Source: Candidatus Versatilivorator sp. (GTDB lineage Bacteria; Acidobacteriota; Terriglobia; Versatilivoradales; Versatilivoraceae). Taken from it: a stretch of DNA of 64,000 bases. The position numbers and the translations under genes were made by a program. The stretch lies in contig OZ242296.1 of the NCBI GenBank assembly GCA_965207735.1, forward strand, positions 4,256,001 to 4,320,000. The letters run 5' to 3'. Below are positions 18,301 to 26,295 of the stretch, piece by piece (position 1 is the stretch's first letter; every line of letters begins with the position of its first letter). The notes under the pieces are model-generated. The model was given only the letters and a program-made list of their open reading frames with translations, had not been told where the DNA came from and ran no database searches.

Positions 18301-18491
18301 AGCACTCGGATCTTCTCAAGGCCTTGCCACTTTCCGTCCAATGCGAGCAATGAACCGATCTCGAAGAATCCCGTTGCCACGTCGAATGCTCTGGCGATAT
18401 CGGCCCACTCTTCGAGGTACCGTAGTCCGGTCCATCCGGAAATGCTGTTGTCAACGATGAACAGACTACGCCCTGCGGAGTTAGCATTCAT
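15348..18491 (-). CDS. Phospholipase D-like nuclease domain fused to an SNF2-family helicase
   Basis: FHAK...VGSSNFT (PLD), then DGVGLGKT, IDEAHHFRN, LTATPINN, KVLIFTEFADT, STDVLSEGLNLQ, WNPVRLMQRIGRVDR. ATG at 18491 has a GAGGA RBS. Confidence 0.9.
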   Translation of the reverse strand: MNANSAGRSLFIVDNSISGWTGLRYLEEWADIARAFDVATGFFEIGSLLALDGKWQGLEKIRVLMGAETTHRTRRALLDSVRSRAVEILNQSIEYDKQDNPFLHGVPAVLEGLRRGQIECRIYDKGKFHAKTSITHAKLAVVGSQALVGSSNFTKPGLTENIELNVQIQSAREVSQLQEWFEAHWKEAKEVTDAVIETVERHIRLHSPFEVYAKALQEFFRGHELTATEWDETKSRMFHHLDRYQQEAYWGLMKIARQHGGAFLCDGVGLGKTFVGLMLIERLVLHEGRRVALFAPKAAKEGVWEPHLKEWLPHIGGVGSRADFSNLAVFSHTDLSRKGDFPARFQRIAELADVVIIDEAHHFRNPGSRGSDNGREPSRYYRLYDLLDNSVRRKTLFMLTATPINNRLSDFRHMVELFTRRDQAYFARTLGVNNLRAHVNQMEQAFRQRIGHTVTDVTEQMSEAHETLSTDAIFRQLVVQRSRAYARESQIRETGQAAAFPERKAPKVAAYSIHKTYGRLLQLFQKAFQRENPLFTLPMYYPLHWYKGPDEEIDAFEQNRQQQVVGLIRTNFLKRFESSVVAFELSCNRLLKKLLAFIKVHSVTDGEKRLHTRWETQNAEILGYTKQRQLDLWGGDDDEPEDEDIVPPEMLDAVERLDRDQYNVEEMILETYLDLDQIVQFLGEARRFKPKQDDKLQKLIRLLKTKELDDQKVLIFTEFADTARYLKRQLDHGGIDGVAQLDSATKANRAEVIQQFSPFYNGSSSTELAESGLKKIRVLISTDVLSEGLNLQDASRMINYDIHWNPVRLMQRIGRVDRRMNLEVEKRLIAEHPEVAASRGSVSYWNFLPPEELNAILTLYTRVTQKTLRISKTFGIEGRKLLTPKDNFDALREFNHAYEGTRTEIENMHLEYQALQRDDPDLETRLNRLPGATFSGRERLSKGARGVFFCYALPALDKETGTFSEEAGSTRWYLYDLDRNVIVEEPGEIVASIRSKHKIPRKCAMEEKTLIETRTKVQRHIKNTYLRRVDAPVGIKPSLKCWMELNG

Positions 18492-18637
18492 ACGATCCTC
18501 TCGGTTCCGTCCCACGCAGCAGCTCCAACATCATCGTCAGCTTCGCCGGGCCGACCACCGTCCCTTCCTCCTACCCATGGACTTAAGGGCCGCCTCGACG
18601 CCCGTTGGGCGACCGGAGGTGCTCCTGAGGCTCCATT

Positions 18638-18733
18638 CCTTCTCTTGGACATGGACCAAGCGTGATCCTTCTCCCCTGTAGCTTCTCATACAGTCACTCG
18701 AATCACTGTCCAAAGAAACCGAGGGGCGGGGGA
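18638..18733 (+). repeat. Right copy of ~96-bp imperfect inverted repeat bounding the defence cassette
   Basis: Matches the reverse complement of 8015-8110. Core sequence CAGTCACTC.AATCACTGTCCAAAGAAA.CG.GGGGCG.GGGA. Confidence 0.85.
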
Positions 18734-18734
18734 C

Positions 18735-18865
18735 TGTACTGCCCCTGATATCGTGGACAGATAAGACGCACCATACTCAAGCGGTTAGTTTCAGCGCAAG
18801 GCGTTGTCTTGCCTGAACCGGAGGCTTTAATCCCAGCCGCTCAATCAGCCAGTGGTGGCTGTTAA
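18735..18865 (-). mobile_element. IS3-like remnant: transposase C-terminal tail plus right inverted repeat
   Basis: NSHHWLIERLGLKPPVQARQRLALKLTA* followed by a terminus reading TGTACTGCCCCTGATATCGTGGACAG on the + strand. Homologous to 5553-5602. Confidence 0.65.
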
Positions 18866-19182
18866 GCGCGCAAGAATCTTCCAAAGCGATCCATCCCGTT
18901 GCGAATCCAATAGACGGCGGATCGCCTGCAGCGACAGAGGCTCTGTCATGACGACCGCACTCCCGGCCCGTTGCCCCACACCGGTCGCTCCGCTCCCTCC
19001 GTGGGGCAACGCTCGGACCCTGACACATTCGGTTCCCAAAACCCTTGCAGTTTTCGATGCCCATTGACATCAGCAGATCGTCGATTCGGCAAAGACCAAG
19101 GTATACAATCCAGATCAGGAACAAGAAAGCTGGGGTGCCGATCCTGGCCAGCAAACCGGCTTGGCTTAGAGCCTGATGACAT

Positions 19183-19788
19183 TCAGCCCGTCGACAGGAG
19201 TATCAGTATACCCAACAGGATGATGGCTACCATGGCGATCAAGGCTGGGTCGATCCGTTTGGGTTTGTAGAGCTGTTCCATTTGCTCGCGGTGCAATCGG
19301 TAGGCAATGCGTCTTTGCTTTCGGGTTCTTTCCCTCCGGACGTTGTCCTCCAGCTCTTGTTGGCATCGTTTTTCGGCTTTCCAGTACAGGTAATCCTGCC
19401 ATTCGGCCTCGTCTTCTGCGCGGCCGATTTCGTCAAGCTCGTAGATGGATGAGGTGAAATCCGTGTCGAGTTCGGGTTCAGTCGAGGAAAGCAGCTCTCC
19501 CCAGTGGCCCGAGTCCCAGTCGTCGACGTTCTCTGGCGGAGGCCAATCGTGTTCGTCGTCCAAGGGTGGGGAGAGATGTGGGGGGGAGTTGCCTCCGGAG
19601 GGGGTGTCGGCCGAATCCAATTCACGGGCCGGTATATCGGCGGCATCTCGGCTGCCGCGCCCGAGGCGCCGCCCCTCGTTTCGATCGCATTGGGCGGCAA
19701 TGCTCTGAATGGATCTTTTTTCTGACACGCCAATTGGACCTCCTGCTTCTCCTGCTGCGTCCAGGGCGTGTTTTCTCTCCCCAGACAC
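19183..19788 (-). CDS. Hypothetical acidic protein with C-terminal transmembrane helix
   Basis: Acidic low-complexity middle, basic coiled-coil and IAMVAIILLGILILL tail. The start is uncertain and may be frameshifted from 19239..19850. Confidence 0.35.
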   Translation of the reverse strand: MSGERKHALDAAGEAGGPIGVSEKRSIQSIAAQCDRNEGRRLGRGSRDAADIPARELDSADTPSGGNSPPHLSPPLDDEHDWPPPENVDDWDSGHWGELLSSTEPELDTDFTSSIYELDEIGRAEDEAEWQDYLYWKAEKRCQQELEDNVRRERTRKQRRIAYRLHREQMEQLYKPKRIDPALIAMVAIILLGILILLSTG

Positions 19789-20964
19789 TCACGGTGCTTT
19801 TTCTTCGCCAGTAGGGCATGGATAATCAGGTAGCCTAGTATGCAGAACAATTTATGAGAACTGTGTGATAGTTTTGCTGTTTACAGTGAGCTTGTAGTGA
19901 CCCTTCAGTGGAGCGGTGCGAAAGCAGCCGTCAGGACTGCGGTAGTTCCACGCAATCCCGCATCCGACGTTCCCTCGTATCCGTGCCGATGGTGCTGGCC
20001 GCGTTCTGAAGCGGGAGTGGAGATGGAAGCGTTGAACACCCACGAAGTACCGGAGCGAAAGATCGAGGCGCTACGGGTGTCCATCTTCCGGCTGAGCGCC
20101 GCGAACCTGCCCATCAGCGAGAGTCCCGACCTCGAAACCGTCCTGCACGAGGCACAGAAACCCCTTCGCCACGGCGGCCCTCAACTTCCACCCCCGGGGG
20201 TCAAGGACGCTGCGTCGTATGGGTGGCCACCTTTCAGACGGGGGGTGGCTCACACAAGTGGCGCACCAGGTGACTCACGCTCTTGACCACTCCAGCGCTC
20301 CTCTCTCAGAGGGCGGAGCCGTCGCCGTTGTGGTCCAGGTTGTGCCCGGAAAACCTGCATTGGAAGCGGATCGGCACGGATTCCCCGAGTCCTCCGCGGT
20401 AAAGCGTAGTGCGGCACCGGCGCCGCGCGTCCCCGCCTCGCACGGCGCGTCGTGGCGCCGCACAGGAGGGGGAGGAAGTGGAGGGAGCGACCCCCTCATT
20501 TTTGCCGCTGGTGCGCCACGAGCGGGTGGAAAGGTGGCCAGGCCTCTGGCCACCCTTCCGCCCCTCGTTTTCGGGGTCGCTCCCTCCACAGTGATCCCTG
20601 GCGGGAAGGCCTCCAGCGCCTCGTCATCCAGCGGCACCTCAACGTCGGCTCCCGGCTGCGCGCCCTCGTCTATGAAGCCCTCGAAGAACAGAAGACCACA
20701 GATGGCCAGAGGCCGAGAAGGGCAAGGCTGGAGGATGCTCACAACCCGATATCTCCGATCCGAACCCACGGGCAGCCTACCACCCGGCTCGACGGTCTCG
20801 GAGGCAGAGTCTCGGGGGTTGCAACATCGTAAGACCTGTCCACCAACGTCCTGAATAGTCCAGTGGATTCCCGTTCAAATAGAGGGATATAATGAGGGGA
20901 TTACAACAGGGTTAACCATAGTAAGTCTATTATAATGAGCAGTTACAAGTTTTCTGTTGTAGTC

Positions 20965-21272
20965 GCCGCCTACGCGGCTCGACACCCATAGGCGACGTTT
21001 CCCATGGGCTGACGCCCACGGCTAAGTGCTGCCGCGGCTTCGCCGCTCTCAAGGAAGCCGGCTTAAGCAACAGATTCTCAGGTAAGTCCGACCCCTGCCC
21101 TGGTGTGCGGATCATACGAGAGTGAAACAATCAGAAATCGAAAATCCTTTCGTGACCTTGGTATCCCGTCGCGGTTAACCTCAACGCCTTAGTGCCCCTT
21201 CGTCGTCCTTCGTGGCCCTTCGTGGATAACTCTTTTTTCTTTTGTCTTTTTTCGGTTGTTTCAGGCAAGCCG
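20965..21272 (+). repeat. ~310-bp composite REP-like/MITE repeat (copy A)
   Basis: Contains the CCCATGGGCTGACGCCCACGGC hairpin and aligns along its length with the reverse complement of 25280-25585. Confidence 0.85.
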
Positions 21273-21616
21273 GGCCCCCGCCCTGGTGTGCGGATCATAC
21301 ATAGAGTGAAACAATCGGAAATCGATCAACCCTTCGCGAACTTGGTACCCCGTCGCGGCCAACCTCAGCGCCTTCGTGCCCCTTCGTGGAAATGTCTTTT
21401 TCTTTTGTCTTTTTTCGGTTGTTTCAGACAAGCCGGGCCCCCGCCCTGGTGTGCGGATCATACATAGAGTGAAACAATCAGAAATCGATCAACCCTTCGC
21501 GAACTTGGTACCCCGTCGCGGCCAACCTCAGCGCCTTAGTGGCCCTTCGTGGTCCTTCGTGCCCCTTCGTGGAAATGTCTTTTTCTTTTGTCTTTTTAGG
21601 TTGTTTCAGACAAGCC
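21097..21616 (+). repeat. Three tandem copies of a ~160-185-bp intergenic repeat unit
   Basis: GCCCTGGTGTGCGGATCATAC starts at 21097, 21280 and 21443. Each unit ends TGTTTCAG(A/G)CAAGCC. Confidence 0.9.
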
Positions 21617-21636
21617 AAGTTCGCAGCCCCTTCGCC

Positions 21637-22491
21637 TCAGCCCCAGTGCTTGGCGATCAGAGGGTCGAGGAAGGCCTTGCTTTCGGCGAGGACCTTCCGG
21701 TAGTCCTTGGAATAGCCCCAGGCAAAGGCCTCGTATTCCATGGCGATGTACCCGTTGTAGCCGGCCCGGGCCATGGCCCCCAGCAAGCCGTCGAAGTCCA
21801 CCTCCCCCTCACCGAGGGGCGGAAAGACGATGTTTTCCGGATCGCCAGCAGCATCCTTGGCATGCATGTGGACCACGCGGTCTTTCAGGGTGTTGAACAC
21901 CGTGACCGGGGAATCCCCCCGAATGTGGTAGTGGGCGCAATCGAACAGGGCCTGCAGTCCTTCCAGACCGCTGGTGTCCAGCAGCTTCCGCATGGTCTCG
22001 AGGTTGTAGATCAGGGAGCCGGCCGGACTGCCGGCTTCAATGGCCAGAGCGACACCCAGGCGCTCGGCTGTCGGCAGCACCTGGCAGAGGACCTCGACGG
22101 CCCAATCAAAGAACCACTGCTCATATCCGTAGGCGTTCTTCCCTCCCCCGGCGGTGACCACGATGGGGGCCCCCAGGTCGGCCGCCATTCGGACGGAACC
22201 TTCCAGAAAACGGGCATTGGCGGCGCGCTGGGCCGGATCGCGGGCGCAGAGGTTGGTGTGGGCATTGAGGGCGGCAATGGCGATGCCGGCCTCTTCCGCC
22301 CGCTTGCGCACCCGGTCGCGCTTGGCGGCACCGTCCCCGGGGCTAAGGTGCGGGGTAGGTATCGGAACGAAGGGCGGCGCGATTTCCAGGCAGATGTCAA
22401 TGGCCGCGTAGCCCTGCTCCCCCAGCACGTCCATGGCCTGCTCCACCGGCAGGTCGCTCAGCAGGTTGGAGTTGCAACTGATTCCCTTCAT
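21637..22491 (-). CDS. Sugar phosphate isomerase/epimerase (xylose isomerase-like TIM barrel)
   Basis: LAIE, FDCAH, HMHAKD, PLGEGEVDF and GYNGYIAMEYE metal-binding motifs. Confidence 0.85.
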   Translation of the reverse strand: MKGISCNSNLLSDLPVEQAMDVLGEQGYAAIDICLEIAPPFVPIPTPHLSPGDGAAKRDRVRKRAEEAGIAIAALNAHTNLCARDPAQRAANARFLEGSVRMAADLGAPIVVTAGGGKNAYGYEQWFFDWAVEVLCQVLPTAERLGVALAIEAGSPAGSLIYNLETMRKLLDTSGLEGLQALFDCAHYHIRGDSPVTVFNTLKDRVVHMHAKDAAGDPENIVFPPLGEGEVDFDGLLGAMARAGYNGYIAMEYEAFAWGYSKDYRKVLAESKAFLDPLIAKHWG

Positions 22492-22557
22492 ATGCGGCCA
22501 GTGTTCTGTCTCAGAAATAGGGTTGCCATGTTTCGGAGCGCAACCGCGCCGCAGCGC

Positions 22558-23469
22558 TCACAGGCCCACGATTCGCCGGGCTTCCTCCGGCGAAGCGATG
22601 TCCCTGCCGATTTCCCTGGCAATGCGCACGGCCTTCTCCACCAGCTCGGCGTTGGTCTTGGCATAGACCCCGTCCTCCAGGTAGGGGCAGTCCTCCATGC
22701 CGATGCGCACGTGCCCTCCGACGGCAATGGTGTGGGCTACCATCGACCAGTAGACCGGCGGCTCCATGCAGCTCATGCTCCAGTTGGCATTGGGCGGAAG
22801 GTTGTCCACCATGTACTGCAGAGCCCGCACCGTGGGCGGGGCCCAGCTCTGGCCGTCCCAGCCGAAGAAAAGAGTGAGCCACAGGGGATCGGCCAGCAGG
22901 CCGGGTTCCTGCTCCCGCACTCCCTCATCGGTCCAGAAGTCGCCCGATCGAATCTTGCCGATGGCCCAGTAGGCTCCGGTGCTGAAGCATTCGATCTCCA
23001 GCTTCACGTCTCGTTCCTTGGCCAGGCGCGCATACTGCCGGAGCTCGGTGATCGGATGGACCGAGTAGACGCTGAAGGGAGGATATTCCGGGTCGGGCTG
23101 GAAGTATTCGTCGTGGGAGTTGAAGTTGATGGAACTCATGTCGGGCCGAAGAGTCTCCCAGAGCTCCAGCTTCTGCTCCAGGCGCATGCTGGCCATTCCA
23201 AACTGCATGATGGGATTGAACCTGGCGCGAATCCGCTGGCTGATGTCCCGCCATCCCTCCATGTCCGGGATAGACAGTTTGCGCCCGTCGGGCTGAATGA
23301 CCGGATCGTGGGTGTAGGCGCCATGGGTGTGCACGACCGCGGCGCCGGCATCCAGGGCACGCAGGTACTCCTCGGCCACGCCCCTGGCATCGGTGCAGGG
23401 CGTCAGGTAGGGATTGCGGGGATAGGACCCGGTGGAGTCGGTGGTGACGGTAATGACGAGCTTATCCAT
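22558..23469 (-). CDS. Beta-keto acid cleavage enzyme family (BKACE/DUF849)
   Basis: MDKLVIT, AGAAVVHTH, ELEIECF-like KLEIECF, GGHVRIGMED, NAELV, IASPEEARRIVGL. Confidence 0.9.
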   Translation of the reverse strand: MDKLVITVTTDSTGSYPRNPYLTPCTDARGVAEEYLRALDAGAAVVHTHGAYTHDPVIQPDGRKLSIPDMEGWRDISQRIRARFNPIMQFGMASMRLEQKLELWETLRPDMSSINFNSHDEYFQPDPEYPPFSVYSVHPITELRQYARLAKERDVKLEIECFSTGAYWAIGKIRSGDFWTDEGVREQEPGLLADPLWLTLFFGWDGQSWAPPTVRALQYMVDNLPPNANWSMSCMEPPVYWSMVAHTIAVGGHVRIGMEDCPYLEDGVYAKTNAELVEKAVRIAREIGRDIASPEEARRIVGL

Positions 23470-23705
23470 GGCAGTCCCTCGTGAGGCCCCGCGCAAACAA
23501 CCCTGACGGGGGTAACAGGCTGCTCACTATACTGATTACGGCTTCCCGTCGTAAACCCCATAGTTCCAGCCCGCGGGCACGGTGGCCGACTCGTTCACCC
23601 ACAGGTCGCGGCGTCCGGCGACGGGCGCGCAAGGGCGGGGTTCCCCGCAGTCGCCCCGTGTGCGATAATTCCCGCTCTTGTACGTTACCGGGAAAAGGGG
23701 AAGAG

Positions 23706-25187
23706 ATGAACCAGAGCAGCATACGAGGGGGCTTGGCCCTCTTGACGATGGCGGCCGCCTTCCTCGGATGCGGTCAGGTGAAGGATCCGGAGCAGGAACG
23801 GATCGATCGGGCCGTGGAGGCCATTGAAGCCGCCGCCCCGAAGGCGGCCCGGGATTCCACCCGTCCGATTTACCACTATCGCCCACCCGCCCTTTGGATG
23901 AACGACGTCTGCGGAGCCTTCCACTACCAGGATTATTACCACCTTTTCTTCCAACAGGGTCCATTGTCCGACGGCCACAACCGAGGCCGCGGCATCGGCT
24001 GGGGACACGCCAGAAGCCGCGACCTGGTGCATTGGGAGCACTTGCGCCCGGCTCTGATGCCGCCGGAAGGCGCCAGGCTGGAAGCTTCCGGCAGCGCCTT
24101 CATCCGAAAGGACGGCAGTCCTATCCTGTTCTTCGCGCATACGCCCATGGATCTCTCCAAGAACAAGCGCGAGCAGTGGGCGGCCGAGCCGGTCGATGAG
24201 GACCTCATGGTCTGGCGCCGTTTCGACATCGGTTTGGAGGCGGGCAAGAGTGGCATTCCCGAGGACATCAGGGCCAACTGGGCCGACATGTTCGTGTTTC
24301 AGGTGGGAGACGGCGTCTTCGCCACCTTCAAGGAGACCGATGGGCTGATCTGCAAAGCGCAAAACGATCGGCTCACCACCTGGCAAGCGGTGGGCAAGGT
24401 CGAAGGCGTCGACGGCGAGTGCCCCAATATCTTCTCGCTGGACGGCCGCCAGGTGCTGATCCGGTCCACCTATCCCATCAGCTACCTGATCGGCGACTTC
24501 GATCCGGACTCCATTGCCCTGGATCTCAAAACCCAGCCTCGGGTTCTGGACTACGGCTATGGCGGCGAGGAAATGCCGTCACCCCTGCAGCGGGGCGTCT
24601 ACGGCACCACCGTATTCGCCGATCCGGCCGGTCGCACCATCCTGCTGGGATGGGTGAGCGGCTTCAAACCCGATCGCGGCTGGAACGGCTGCATGTCCCT
24701 GCCCCGCCTGCTGAGCCTGGATCAGGAGGATCGTCTCATTCAGACCCCGGCGCCGGAGCTGGAACAACTGCGGGGAAGACATCTGAAGGTGGAGAATCTG
24801 AGCCTGACCGATGAGTTGAAGGCCATTGAGGGCGCCGGCGGGGATGCGCTGGAGATCAAGGCCGAATTCGTCCCGGGAGATGCCGCTGCCTTCGGGCTGA
24901 AGGTTCGTTGCAGCCGGGATGGGCAGCACGGCATTTCATTGCGTTACAGCGACGGGACTTTGAACGTGGCGGGAACCGAAGTGCCCCTGGAGACCGGTTC
25001 CCGGACACTCAAGGTGCATCTGTTTCTCGACAAGTCCGTCCTGGAAGTGTTTGTCGACGAGGGACGCTCCGCGGTCACACGGGTCAACTACGCTCCTGCA
25101 GAAGATCTTGGGATCGCCGTTTTTGCCGAAAACGGCGGCGCCGTGCTGAAATCGCTTGACGTCTGGTCGATGAATGCCATCTGGTGA
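23706..25187 (+). CDS. Glycoside hydrolase family 32 (beta-fructofuranosidase-like), probable lipoprotein
   Basis: Lipobox FLGC, then WMND, YHLFFQ, WGHARSRDLVHW, ECPN, WNGCMSLPR and FLDKSVLEVF. Confidence 0.9.
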   Translation: MNQSSIRGGLALLTMAAAFLGCGQVKDPEQERIDRAVEAIEAAAPKAARDSTRPIYHYRPPALWMNDVCGAFHYQDYYHLFFQQGPLSDGHNRGRGIGWGHARSRDLVHWEHLRPALMPPEGARLEASGSAFIRKDGSPILFFAHTPMDLSKNKREQWAAEPVDEDLMVWRRFDIGLEAGKSGIPEDIRANWADMFVFQVGDGVFATFKETDGLICKAQNDRLTTWQAVGKVEGVDGECPNIFSLDGRQVLIRSTYPISYLIGDFDPDSIALDLKTQPRVLDYGYGGEEMPSPLQRGVYGTTVFADPAGRTILLGWVSGFKPDRGWNGCMSLPRLLSLDQEDRLIQTPAPELEQLRGRHLKVENLSLTDELKAIEGAGGDALEIKAEFVPGDAAAFGLKVRCSRDGQHGISLRYSDGTLNVAGTEVPLETGSRTLKVHLFLDKSVLEVFVDEGRSAVTRVNYAPAEDLGIAVFAENGGAVLKSLDVWSMNAIW

Positions 25188-25193
25188 TTTATT

Positions 25194-25256
25194 AGTGGAG
25201 AGTGGAGAGTGGAGAGTGGAGAGTGGAGAGTGGTGAGTGGTGAGTGGTGAGTGGTG
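25194..25256 (+). repeat. Heptamer tandem array (AGTGGAG)5(AGTGGTG)4
   Basis: Counted directly. It starts just after the GH32 stop codon. Confidence 0.95.
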
Positions 25257-25279
25257 AGTTATTGGATCGATGCGTTCAG

Positions 25280-25585
25280 CGGCTTGTCTGAAACAAAGGA
25301 AAAAAGACAAAAGAAAAAGAGTAATCCACGAAGAGACACGAAGAACGACGAAGGGCCACTAAGGCGTTGAGGTTAACCGCGACGGGATACCAAGGTTAGG
25401 AAGGGTTGGCCGATTTCTGATTGTTTCACTTTCGTATGATCTGCCGGCAGGGCAGGAGTCCGGCTTACCTGAGAATATGCTGCTTTAGCCGGCTTCCTCG
25501 AGAGCGGCGAAGCCGCGCCAGCACTTAGCCGTGGGCGTCAGCCCATGGGAAATATCGCCTATGGGTGTCGAGCCGCGTAGGCGGC
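25280..25585 (-). repeat. ~310-bp composite REP-like/MITE repeat (copy B, inverted)
   Basis: Reverse complement of 20965-21272 with scattered substitutions. Confidence 0.85.
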
Positions 25586-25631
25586 AGCAAATGCCGGTGA
25601 GCCCAAGTGAAGCACAAGCCGACGCAAGGAT

Positions 25632-25968
25632 GAGCCTTTTGCAAAATTCGGCAGCGTGACCTTTGCCGGGGATGGCCACAAAAGGCACAAGAACACAAAA
25701 AGAGCAGAACGCTGAAAGCCTGCAAGACGTTGACTCCCGAACCCATCGCACAAGTTCCGCGCTATCTGCATACATCCGGTCAACCCGTCGCCATGGGGAT
25801 CAACTTCGGATTGCCAAGACTCGAAATCACGAAATCCGTTTTGTGCCTTTTGTGCTTTTTGTGGTGAACTCCCCTTTTCCACCAGGTCGCACCCGACTAT
25901 TGAAATAGGCAGAACATCACGATTGCCGGCAAGATGACCTGTCCCACTGCCAATATTGCAAGAGGCTC
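25632..25968. mobile_element. MITE-like element with IS-type ends carrying a GxxExxY protein fragment
   Basis: Left end GAGCCTTTTGCAAAATTC is identical to the IS terminus at 33843. Right end AATATTGCAAGAGGCTC. The internal frame from 25712 reads LKACKTLTPEPIAQVPRYLHTSGQPVAMGINFGLPRLEITK. Confidence 0.55.
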
Positions 25969-26052
25969 TCTGGCATGATCTGCACGGCAGGGCTGCGGCC
26001 CGGCAACCCGACACGCTCTCTTGAGGAGCAAGAGTGAATGGGAGAACGCCCA

Positions 26053-26198
26053 CCCGGGAGCGCGGGCGAGACGCCCGCGCTCCCGGGGGGCTCCCTCCCA
26101 TGACGTCGGGATATCAAGGTCACGATATCGAAGATACATTCGGGCGCGGTTGGTCATTGAAGGGGGTCCATCCCCATTCGTGTTCATTCGTGGTTCAT
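26053..26198 (+). repeat. REP-like palindrome plus dispersed repeat
   Basis: CCCGGGAGCGCGGGCG-AGA-CGCCCGCGCTCCCGGG hairpin. 26074-26198 matches the reverse complement of about 55177-55312. Confidence 0.75.
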
Positions 26199-26295
26199 TT
26201 TCAAAAACGAGCGCCCGTTTTTCCTCGAATGTTCCCCACGCCAGGGCAGGGCTCGGCTAAGCTCTCTCAATCCCAGCTACTGCAGTGACGATTCG

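Noticed and set aside
8083-18491. Assignment to DISARM or BREX
   Set aside because: No DUF1998 (DrmB)/DrmA pair and no PglZ, BrxC or BrxL visible. Only component-level similarity.
19900-20850. Possible structured RNA, GAF-regulator N-terminal scrap (about 20020-20155) and RHH-like fragment (about 20600-20700)
   Set aside because: Similarities are too short and weak to support without a search. No tRNA or riboswitch consensus was recognised.
21097-21616. Regularly spaced repeats suggesting a CRISPR array
   Set aside because: Whole 160-185-bp units repeat, with no unique spacers and no cas genes in the window.
21376-23484. Long ORFs antisense to real genes (also 35574..37100, 39955..42144, 42440..44302, 44942..46507, 57106..58809, 61604..63448)
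   Set aside because: Shadow frames typical of high-GC DNA, opposite genes with clear family motifs.
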